A stretch of DNA of 64,000 nt from positions 42,456 through 106,455 of the forward strand of contig CAWFKH010000003.1 of NCBI GenBank assembly GCA_963816355.1, written 5' to 3'. Below the pieces are notes generated by a model. That model made no database searches, had not been told where the DNA came from, and saw only the letters and a list, made by a program, of their open reading frames with translations. The stretch is from an uncultured Gemmatimonadales bacterium. GTDB taxonomy: Bacteria; Gemmatimonadota; Gemmatimonadetes; Longimicrobiales; RSA9. Below are positions 54,618 to 62,327 of the stretch, in pieces (within the stretch, counting starts at the first letter, position 1; each line of letters opens with the position of its first letter). A program made the translations under genes and the position numbers.

Positions 54618-56908
54618 TGCTGGTCGAAGTCGCCCTGCCGCTGCCGCTGCCGCAGACGTTCACCTACCGCCTCGAGAGCGACGCCGCCCCGCCCGGCACG
54701 CGCGTGCTCGTCCCCTTCGGACGCCGCCGCCTCGTCGGCTGGATCACCGGACGCGAGCCCGACGCCGCCGGCGTCAAGCGGCTGCGCGACGTCATCCGCG
54801 TGCTCGACGAGGACCTCTCCGCCCCGGGCGCCTCCAGCCCCACCGGCGGCCCGGTCGTGCCGCCCGAGCTGCTCCGCCTCTGCGAGTGGGTGGCCGCCTA
54901 CTACCTCGCGCCGCTGGGGCAGGTGCTGCGCACCGCACTGCCGGCCGTCCTCAGCGACGCGCGCCGCCCCGCGCCGCCCGTCCTCACGCGGCGCGTGATC
55001 CGTCTCGGCCGCGAGCTGCCGAGCCTGCGCGAGCGCGACGCGCTCTTCGCCCGCGCGCCGCGGCAGCGCGAGTGCTACGAGCTGCTCGAGTCGACCGGCG
55101 GCTCCGCCGAGGTCTCTCACCTGACCGGCAACGTCGGCTTCTCCCGCTCCGTGCTGGAGGGGCTCGTCGCCAAAGCGCTCGCCACGTTCGCGGACGCCGA
55201 GCTGGCGCGCGACCCGTTCGCCGAGATCGACCCCGGGCCGCCGCCACGGCTCGAACCGACGGCCGCACAGCGCGCCGCCATCGACTCGTTCCGCGGTGCG
55301 GCCGCCGCTGGCGCGGACGGCGAGGACCGCCGCCCGTTCCTGCTGCGCGGCGTCACCGGCTCTGGCAAGACGCTCGTCTACATCGAGCTGCTGCGCGAGG
55401 TGGTCGAGCGCCACGGGCGCGGCGCCATCGTGCTGGTGCCGGAGATCGCGCTCACGCCGCAGACCGTCGCCCGCTTCCGCGCCCACTTCGGCGACACCGT
55501 CGCCGTGCTCCACTCCGGCCTCTCCGACGGCGAGCGCTACGACGCCTGGCGCGCGCTGCGCGCCGGCGAGCGCCGCATCGCGATCGGCGCCCGCTCCGCC
55601 GTCTTCGCGCCGGTGCCGGATCCCGGCGCGATCATCGTCGACGAGGAGCACGAGTCGACGTACAAGCAGTCGGACGCCCCGCGCTACCACGCCCGCGAGG
55701 TCGCCATCGTGCGCGCCAACCTGGCAGGCGCCGTCTGCGTGCTTGGCAGCGCCACCCCCGCCCTCGAGAGCTGGGCGAACGCGCGCAGCGGCAAGTATCG
55801 ACTGGTGGAGCTGCCGGAGCGCGTCGAGGGGCGGCCGCTGCCGCCGGTCCGCGTCGTCGACCTGCGGAAGCGCGCTGACGACGAGGACCGTGCGGGGCCC
55901 GGCGCGGGGATCCTCTCGCCTCCGCTCCGCGACGCGCTGGCTGCACGGCTGGAGCGGCGCGAGCAGTCGATCCTGCTGCTCAACCGGCGCGGCTACGCCA
56001 CCTTCGTCCAGTGTCGGGAGTGCGGCCACGTCTGGCACTGCGGCGAGTGCAACGTGTCGCTCACCTTCCACCGCGCGCGCCGACGCCTGGTGTGCCACTA
56101 CTGCTTCCACGAGGAGACGCCGCCGGAGCGCTGCGGCGAGTGCGGCTCGGCCGCGATCTCGTTCCGCGGCGTCGGGACGGAGCAGGTCGAGCGGTCGGTC
56201 GGTGAGGCGTTCCCGCGCGCCCGCCTCGCGCGCATGGACGTCGACACCACTTCCGGCAAATGGGCTCACCAGACGATCCTCGATCGCGTCGCCCGCGGCG
56301 CGGTCGACATCCTTCTAGGCACCCAGATGATCGCGAAGGGGCTCGACTTCCCGCGCGTGACGCTCGTCGGCGTCATCAACGCGGACGTGGGTCTCAACCT
56401 GCCCGACTTCCGCGCCGGCGAGCGCACGTTCCAGCTCCTCACCCAGGTGGCGGGGCGCGCCGGCCGCGGCGAGCTGCGCGGCGAGGTGATCGTGCAGACG
56501 GCGATGCCGGAACAGTACGCGATCCGCCGCGCGCTCGAGCACGACTATCCGGGGTTTGCCGAGATCGAGCTCGCCGAGCGCGTGACGCCCTGCTATCCGC
56601 CGCACTGCCGGTTGCTCAACGTCGTCGTCAGCGGCACGGACGAAGACGCCGTTGCGCGCGGGACGGAGGACGCCGCCGCCTGGGTGCGCGCTCATCTGCG
56701 CGCCCGCGACCGGGTGCAGCTTCTCGGGCCGGCGCCGTGCGCCATCGACCGCGTGCGCGGCCGCTGGCGCTGGCACTTCCTGCTGCGCAGCCCCAGCGCC
56801 GCCGCCATCGGTCGCCTCGGCCGCGCCTTCCACCTCGGCTTTCCACAGCGCGCTTCCGCGGGCGACCTCCGCGTCGCGCTCGACCGCGACCCGGTCGCGC
56901 TGCTGTAG
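54617..56908 (+). CDS. priA: Primosomal protein N' (replication restart helicase)
   Basis: GVTGSGKT, VPEIALTPQ, DEEH, NRRGY, two CxxC-CxxC clusters, GTQMIAKGLDFP, QVAGRAGR; TGATG overlap. Confidence 0.97.
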   Translation: MLVEVALPLPLPQTFTYRLESDAAPPGTRVLVPFGRRRLVGWITGREPDAAGVKRLRDVIRVLDEDLSAPGASSPTGGPVVPPELLRLCEWVAAYYLAPLGQVLRTALPAVLSDARRPAPPVLTRRVIRLGRELPSLRERDALFARAPRQRECYELLESTGGSAEVSHLTGNVGFSRSVLEGLVAKALATFADAELARDPFAEIDPGPPPRLEPTAAQRAAIDSFRGAAAAGADGEDRRPFLLRGVTGSGKTLVYIELLREVVERHGRGAIVLVPEIALTPQTVARFRAHFGDTVAVLHSGLSDGERYDAWRALRAGERRIAIGARSAVFAPVPDPGAIIVDEEHESTYKQSDAPRYHAREVAIVRANLAGAVCVLGSATPALESWANARSGKYRLVELPERVEGRPLPPVRVVDLRKRADDEDRAGPGAGILSPPLRDALAARLERREQSILLLNRRGYATFVQCRECGHVWHCGECNVSLTFHRARRRLVCHYCFHEETPPERCGECGSAAISFRGVGTEQVERSVGEAFPRARLARMDVDTTSGKWAHQTILDRVARGAVDILLGTQMIAKGLDFPRVTLVGVINADVGLNLPDFRAGERTFQLLTQVAGRAGRGELRGEVIVQTAMPEQYAIRRALEHDYPGFAEIELAERVTPCYPPHCRLLNVVVSGTDEDAVARGTEDAAAWVRAHLRARDRVQLLGPAPCAIDRVRGRWRWHFLLRSPSAAAIGRLGRAFHLGFPQRASAGDLRVALDRDPVALL

Positions 56909-56968
56909 CCGGCGGGCGCGGCTCCGCGACCGTTGATTCCGCCCCGCCCCGCGCGCTACACTTCGATC

Positions 56969-57571
56969 GTGTCTGCGCGCTTCGCCGAAAGGAGGACCCC
57001 CATCAACGCCTCGGGCTGCCTGGCACTCAACGCCTCGTTCGAGCCGCTGACCATCCTGCCGGTCCGCCGCGCCCTCCGCCTCGTCCTCGAGCGGAAGGCC
57101 GAGGTCCTCGAGGTGGACGAGTCACGGATCTTCCGCTCCGCGCGCCACGAGCTGTCCGCGCCGGTGGTGATCCGCCTGGTCCGCTTCATCCACGTCCCGC
57201 GCCGGTTCCGGCGGCAGGTGACCAACACCTTCCTGTTCGCCCGCGACCACTACAGCTGCGAGTACTGCGGCCGCCATCGGGCGACGCTCCGCGGTCGCGA
57301 GTTCCTCACACGGGACCACGTAGTGCCGATCTCGCGCGGCGGCGACAACTCCTGGACGAACGTCGTCACCGCCTGTTCGACCTGCAACAACCGGAAGGGA
57401 AGCCGGCTGCCCCACGAGTCCGGCATGCAGCCGATCCACCGGCCCCGTGAGCCGAACTACGTCGAGCTCGTGTGGGCGGTGCGTCGCATCACGCCGGTCC
57501 AGGCGAAGTACATCCGGCTCTTCTACGGCGAGGACGTGCTCCAGGCGATTTCCGCCCACGCGCACCTCTGA
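56969..57571 (+). CDS. HNH endonuclease (McrA-like, standalone type)
   Basis: LALNASFEPL, RD..CEYCG, TRDHVVP, NVVTACSTCNNRKG; start uncertain (GTG 56969 or ATC 57002). Confidence 0.9.
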   Translation: MSARFAERRTPINASGCLALNASFEPLTILPVRRALRLVLERKAEVLEVDESRIFRSARHELSAPVVIRLVRFIHVPRRFRRQVTNTFLFARDHYSCEYCGRHRATLRGREFLTRDHVVPISRGGDNSWTNVVTACSTCNNRKGSRLPHESGMQPIHRPREPNYVELVWAVRRITPVQAKYIRLFYGEDVLQAISAHAHL

Positions 57572-57624
57572 GCGCCCGCGCTCGAGCGCGGCGTTCGCGC
57601 GGCGCCGGCCGGCGTGGAACGCTC

Positions 57625-57640
57625 TGGCAAGAAGGTTGCA
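57625..57640 (+). promoter_or_regulatory. Putative sigma-54 promoter
   Basis: TGGCAAGAAGGTTGCA, near consensus. Confidence 0.65.
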
Positions 57641-57732
57641 TGGAGCGACGGTCGTTCGACCGGGGCGCTGCAGCCACTGGCTCAGCGCCTCTTTTCATAC
57701 TGCGATGCGCCGTAGCCATGGCGGAGGCGAGC

Positions 57733-57954
57733 ATGAACCGACCCATCTACGATCTTTTCCCTGCCAGCGGAGAGTGGTTCCTACGCCGGCGCGAGGATCC
57801 CGACTTCGCCATGGTGTTCCCCACCAAGGAGGACGCGGTCCGCCAGGCGAGCGACGTCGGCTTTCGCTCGCCGGAGGCCGAGCTGGTCATCCGCGACGAC
57901 GCCGGAGAAGTGCGCGGCTCCTACCGGCTCTTCGGCGCGCGCGTCCCCGCCTGA
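57733..57954 (+). CDS. Small DUF2188-like protein
   Basis: GGAGG SD; GEW..F.TKEDAV..A..ELVIRDDAG. Confidence 0.7.
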   Translation: MNRPIYDLFPASGEWFLRRREDPDFAMVFPTKEDAVRQASDVGFRSPEAELVIRDDAGEVRGSYRLFGARVPA

Positions 57955-58355
57955 TCCGGGCCGTTCCCCGGCGCCGCCCACGAACGCACCTTCGCGAGAA
58001 GCTTGCGCGCATCGAACGGCTTTGCGATGAAATCGTCCGCCCCCGCCGCCAGCGACAGCTGGCGCGCCCCCTCCATGGCGGTCACCGCGATGATCGGCAC
58101 CGCGCGCGTCGCCGGATCGCCGCGCAGCCGGCGGATCGCCTCGAAGCCATCGATCTCCGGCATCATCATGTCCATCAGGATCAGGATCGGCGGCCTGGAG
58201 CGCGCGAAGGCGACCGCCTCGCGCCCGTTGGCCGCCACCACGACGTGGTAGCCGAACGCTTCGAGAAGGGTGCGGATCGCGTCGCGGCTGTCGAGGTGGT
58301 CCTCCGCGACCAGCACGGTGCCCGGTGTCGTCTCGTCGAGGGAGTGGTGCTGCAT
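57921..58355 (-). CDS. Single-domain response regulator (DivK/CheY-like)
   Basis: VLVAED, LMDMMMPEIDG, IIAVTA, AKP. Confidence 0.9.
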   Translation of the reverse strand: MQHHSLDETTPGTVLVAEDHLDSRDAIRTLLEAFGYHVVVAANGREAVAFARSRPPILILMDMMMPEIDGFEAIRRLRGDPATRAVPIIAVTAMEGARQLSLAAGADDFIAKPFDARKLLAKVRSWAAPGNGPDQAGTRAPKSR

Positions 58356-58460
58356 CGATGACCCGGAATGAGACAAACTCTCGTGACGTCGCGGAGTCGG
58401 ACCCGGATCTCCGCGCCGTACGTGGACGCACCGTCGCCACCCCGCCCGTTCCTTCGGGTA

Positions 58461-58476
58461 TGCAATTCCCCGGCCA
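58461..58476 (-). promoter_or_regulatory. Putative sigma-54 promoter for the response regulator
   Basis: Minus strand reads TGGCCGGGGAATTGCA. Confidence 0.6.
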
Positions 58477-58539
58477 TGCAACGCTCGTCGCGACCCGCGA
58501 CGACTGGACGTGCCCCCGCTGCATCTCTTAGCTTCCGAC

Positions 58540-58971
58540 ATGCCCGAAGCGGAGCTCACCCGTCGCCTGCGCTTTTCGGCGGCGCACCGATACCACCGAC
58601 CCGAATGGAGCGACGAGCGCAACCGCGCGCTCTTCGGGCCGTGCAGCAATCCGCACGGGCACGGCCACAACTACGTGCTCGAAGTGACCGTCGCCGGCGA
58701 GGTCGACCCGGAGACCGGCTTCTGCGTCGACCTCGGCGCGCTCGACCGCCTGCTCGAGGAGCGCGTCGTGCGCGTCCTCGACCACCAGCACCTCAACCAC
58801 GCCGTCGCCGAGTTCGCTCCGGGGGGACGGCTTCCGACGAGCGAGAACATCCTGCTCTACCTCTGGCCCCGCCTCGTCTCGGACATGCCCGACGGCTCGA
58901 CGCTGCGCCGCCTCCGCCTCGCCGAGGACGAGACGTTCTTCGTCGAGTACGCCGGCGGCGAGGACCAGTGA
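58540..58971 (+). CDS. queD: 6-pyruvoyl/6-carboxy-tetrahydropterin synthase
   Basis: FSAAH, C..PHGHGHNY, LDH..LN, TSEN. Confidence 0.88.
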   Translation: MPEAELTRRLRFSAAHRYHRPEWSDERNRALFGPCSNPHGHGHNYVLEVTVAGEVDPETGFCVDLGALDRLLEERVVRVLDHQHLNHAVAEFAPGGRLPTSENILLYLWPRLVSDMPDGSTLRRLRLAEDETFFVEYAGGEDQ

Positions 58972-59306
58972 GCGCGCCCCTCTCCGCGCGCGACGTGCTG
59001 CGCGGCGCCGAGGAGCCGGCGGACGCCGCGGAGCCGGCCGCGCCGTCGTCGCCCCGCCGCCGCTTCGCGGTCGACGGCGTGGAGTGGATCGCGACCGCCG
59101 CCGGCGAGTGCGTCTACGGCACCGGCCTCCTCGGCGGCGCGCCGCTCGTGGCCATCGGCTTCGCGCGCACCGTCGAGCCGGAGCGCACGCTCCGCCTGGC
59201 CCTGCTTCCGCGCGGCCGGTTCTTCGCCCTCTACGACGCCGAGCTGCGCGACCTGCTCGAGTCCGGACACGACGTCGACGCCGGCGCGCGGGAGGACGCG
59301 CCATGA
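58968..59306 (+). CDS. Hypothetical protein
   Basis: GTGA and ATGA overlaps with both neighbours. Confidence 0.6.
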   Translation: MSAPLSARDVLRGAEEPADAAEPAAPSSPRRRFAVDGVEWIATAAGECVYGTGLLGGAPLVAIGFARTVEPERTLRLALLPRGRFFALYDAELRDLLESGHDVDAGAREDAP

Positions 59307-59776
59307 TGGACCGCATCCGCGCCGCCGCCACGCTCGCCCGCGCGGCACTCACCGCCGCCACCGTCGCGGCGGCCGTGCTCACCGCCGGCTGCTCAGGCTC
59401 GACCACCGGGCCGGGCTCCTCCAGCGTGCCGGTCGGCCTCGTCGTCACCTCCGCCGGCTCCACGCTGATCACCGTCCACGGTACCACCGCCGACGACGGC
59501 TTCCGCGTCGGCGTCGGCGACACCACCGCGGTCTTCGAGGTGACCTTCACGGACCGGCAGGGCGAGCCGCTGACGCTGTCCGGCACGTTCATGGCCGGGG
59601 AGGTCGAGAGCACGGTCGTCGCGACGCTGGAGCCGACGTCGCCGGGCGCCTTCTCCGCCCGCATCGCCGGCCGCATGGTGGGCGCGACGCGCGTGCGCTT
59701 CAAGCTCGAGAGCGGTCAGATCGGCACCGGCTCGGAGGTTTACACATCGCCCTGGATCACCGTCACCGTCGAATAG
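59303..59776 (+). CDS. Beta-rich lipoprotein
   Basis: GGAGG SD; lipobox TAGC. Confidence 0.65.
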   Translation: MMDRIRAAATLARAALTAATVAAAVLTAGCSGSTTGPGSSSVPVGLVVTSAGSTLITVHGTTADDGFRVGVGDTTAVFEVTFTDRQGEPLTLSGTFMAGEVESTVVATLEPTSPGAFSARIAGRMVGATRVRFKLESGQIGTGSEVYTSPWITVTVE

Positions 59777-59789
59777 AGGAGGACGTGCA

Positions 59790-60416
59790 ATGCGCCATCC
59801 CGACTGCGCGACCGTGATGCCCGGGACGCTGGCGCTCGCCATAGCGGCGGGCCTCGCGTTCGCCTCGCCGCCCGCCCGCGCCGCCGCCCAGCGCGCGCCG
59901 GCCTGCCACCCTTCCTCGCGGATGCCGGTGCAGGGGCGCGCGAGCCCGTACGACTCGGTGCGCGTGCCGGTGGGCGACGCCGTCGCCACGATCTGCTACG
60001 GCCGCCCCTCACTGAGAGGCCGCACGATGATCGGCGGCGACGCCGTGCCGTACGGCAAGTTGTGGCGGACCGGCGCCAACGAGCCGACCATCCTGCACCT
60101 TCCGGTCTCCGCCGAGATCGCCGGGCTGGGCGTGGCGCCCGGCTCGTACTCGCTGTATACCATTCCGGGACCGCAGGAGTGGGTGCTCATCGTGAACCGC
60201 TCGACGAGCCAGTGGGGGATCGAGTCCGACTATACGGACGCGGTGCGCGCGCAGGAGGTCGGGCGCGCCACGGTGAGCTCCGAGAGGGTCGGTGCGCCCA
60301 TCGAGACGCTGACGATCCGCGCCGAGCCCGGCCCCGGCACGGCCACTCGCATCCTGCTCGAGTGGCAACGCACGCGCGTCGTCATACCGCTGCGGCCGGC
60401 GCCGGCGAGACGCTGA
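59790..60416 (+). CDS. DUF2911-like secreted protein
   Basis: ASP, YGRPSLRGR, VPYGKLWRTGANE, YSLYTIP. Confidence 0.88.
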   Translation: MRHPDCATVMPGTLALAIAAGLAFASPPARAAAQRAPACHPSSRMPVQGRASPYDSVRVPVGDAVATICYGRPSLRGRTMIGGDAVPYGKLWRTGANEPTILHLPVSAEIAGLGVAPGSYSLYTIPGPQEWVLIVNRSTSQWGIESDYTDAVRAQEVGRATVSSERVGAPIETLTIRAEPGPGTATRILLEWQRTRVVIPLRPAPARR

Positions 60417-60501
60417 AGCCGGGAGCGCGCGTCGCGCGTAGGGCGATCGAGGGGCGCCGGCAGCGGCGCCGTCCGTGCACTCTGCTCGAGAGGTGCTGAA
60501 C

Positions 60502-60783
60502 ATGAACGTACTGCCCATCGATCTTACTGCCGTCGTCGGCATCTTCTTCGGCTGTCTCATCGTGCTCCTCCCGATCGCCGGCATCACCGCGCGCTTCACG
60601 ATCCGGCCCATCGCGGAGGCGATCGCGCGTGCGCGCGAGGCGCAGGGGAACGATCGCGAAGTGGAGATGCTCGAGAAGCGCGTCGCGCTCCTGGAGCAGC
60701 AGATCCAGTCGGTCGAGACCTCGGTCGACCGCCTCGTCGATGCGCGGGAGTTCGACCGCAAGCTCGCCTCGCCCACGACGTAG
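60502..60783 (+). CDS. Small TM plus coiled-coil protein
   Basis: GAGAGG SD; N-terminal TM then LEKRVALLEQQI coiled coil. Confidence 0.7.
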   Translation: MNVLPIDLTAVVGIFFGCLIVLLPIAGITARFTIRPIAEAIARAREAQGNDREVEMLEKRVALLEQQIQSVETSVDRLVDAREFDRKLASPTT

Positions 60784-60847
60784 CTCCGCGTGTCCCACCG
60801 CCGCACCGCCACCTCCGCAGCTCCGCACGTCCCGCGGCCTCTCCGTC

Positions 60848-60876
60848 CCACCGGTGTCAGAAATCGACACCGGTGG
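60848..60876. promoter_or_regulatory. 11-bp inverted repeat upstream of the ECF sigma gene (terminator or operator)
   Basis: ccaccggtgtc-N7-gacaccggtgg. Confidence 0.45.
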
Positions 60877-60910
60877 ACGTTTATCCAGTAGTCGGCGCGG
60901 ACGGAACGTC

Positions 60911-61408
60911 GTGGACTTCGATGCTGCCTTCGAGCGGCTCTATCCGGGCCTGTTCCGCTACCTGCACCGGCTGACGGGAGACCCGGACGCGGCGCAGGAC
61001 ATCGCGCAGGAGGCGTTCGTCCGATTGTTGCGGCAGAAACTCCCGGAGAAGGAGATCCGCCCGTGGCTGTTCACGGTCGCGACCAACCTGGTGCGGGATT
61101 CGGCTCGCGGAAGCGAGCGGCGACGCCGGCTCCTGAGCGGCACCTACACGCCGCCGGGAGCGCCGCGCCCGCCGGACGAGCTGGTCGAGAGGGCGGAGCG
61201 GATCGAGGGCGTGCGTAAGGTTCTCGAGCGGTTGGCGGAGCGGGATCGAAAGCTGCTTCTGCTTCGCGAGGAGGGATTCAGCTACAAGGAGATCGCCCGG
61301 ACCATCGACGTCGCGCCGGGATCGGTCGGTACGCTGATCGCCCGCGCGCTCAAGAAGTTCGCAGAGCTGTACGATACACGTGAGACAGGCGATGAACCAC
61401 GCGACTGA
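60911..61408 (+). CDS. ECF RNA polymerase sigma factor
   Basis: DAAQDIAQEAF, WLFTVATN, GFSYKEIA..GSVGT. Confidence 0.92.
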   Translation: MDFDAAFERLYPGLFRYLHRLTGDPDAAQDIAQEAFVRLLRQKLPEKEIRPWLFTVATNLVRDSARGSERRRRLLSGTYTPPGAPRPPDELVERAERIEGVRKVLERLAERDRKLLLLREEGFSYKEIARTIDVAPGSVGTLIARALKKFAELYDTRETGDEPRD

Positions 61409-62174
61409 GGGCACCATCCAGGCTTACCTCGACGGCGAGCTGCCGGCGCGCGAGCGCGCCGAGCTGGCTCTGCACGTCGAGACGTGCCCGCAGTGCGCCG
61501 GCGAGCTCGCGGCGCTCCGCAGCGCCGCCGCCCGGTTCCACCTCCTCGCCCTCGCTGCCGACGTCCCCGTGCCGCCGCTGCCCACCGACGAGCTCGCGCG
61601 GCGTCGCCGGCGCGCCCGCTCCGTGCTCGCCCGCCGTGTCCTGACGCGCGCCGCCGTGCTGCTCGTCTTCGTCGCCGGCGCCGCCGCTGCGCTGCCCGGA
61701 ACGCCGCTGCACCGCTGGGCGGTGGGGCTGTGGAACGATGTCCGCACCGTGATCGTGCGGCGTCCGGCCGCCGTGCCCGTCGCGCCGGTCGAGGTCGAGG
61801 TCGAGCCGACGGCGCCGGCGGCGAGCGCGCCGATGGCCGTGTCCGTCAGTCCGCTGGGTGGGGAGCTGTACTTCACGATCGCGCGCGCCGCCCCGCGCAC
61901 GCGCCTCCACATCGAGATCGTCGACGCCCCGCGGGGTGCCGTGCGCGCGACCGGCGCCGCGACCGCCGGCCACTTCAGCACGGCGGCCGGGCGGATCGAC
62001 ATCGCGGACGTGCCCGCGGGCGACATCACGATCCGTATTCCGCGGGACGTGCGTCGCGCGACGGTCGTGGCCGACGGCCGTCCGCTGCTGGTGAAGGAAG
62101 GCGCGAGCGTGCGGCTGCTGGCCACGCCCGCCGACAGCTCTGCGGCGGAGATCGTGTTCGAGATCGGCGGCTGA
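61392..62174 (+). CDS. Zinc-binding (zf-HC2) transmembrane anti-sigma factor
   Basis: YLDGEL..HVETCPQC, single TM, overlaps the sigma gene. Confidence 0.88.
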   Translation: MNHATEGTIQAYLDGELPARERAELALHVETCPQCAGELAALRSAAARFHLLALAADVPVPPLPTDELARRRRRARSVLARRVLTRAAVLLVFVAGAAAALPGTPLHRWAVGLWNDVRTVIVRRPAAVPVAPVEVEVEPTAPAASAPMAVSVSPLGGELYFTIARAAPRTRLHIEIVDAPRGAVRATGAATAGHFSTAAGRIDIADVPAGDITIRIPRDVRRATVVADGRPLLVKEGASVRLLATPADSSAAEIVFEIGG

Positions 62175-62327
62175 AGCCGGAGCCGCGCATCGTCCGACGC
62201 GGCCGCGCGTCGGGCGCAATCCCCCGTTGCCTGCTGGAACTGGCGCGGGGGATCGGCTATTATGGATGCATGCCCGATCCCGTCGTACACCTCCCCGATC
62301 GCCTCACGCGCTGAGCGGGCGGATCCC

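Noticed and set aside
56969-57571. HNH gene as a restriction/defence system or homing element
   Set aside because: Standalone widespread type; no DNA methyltransferase or intron context (the nearby methyltransferase looks like a small-molecule type)
60464-60479. CGGCGCCGTCCGTGCA as another sigma-54 site
   Set aside because: Spacing fits, but the match is almost all G/C and is likely chance
62270-62314. 14-codon uORF (MPDPVVHLPDRLTR) after TATTAT upstream of the TonB receptor
   Set aside because: No regulatory codon pattern, and an ATG at 62262 in frame with the receptor is an equally plausible start
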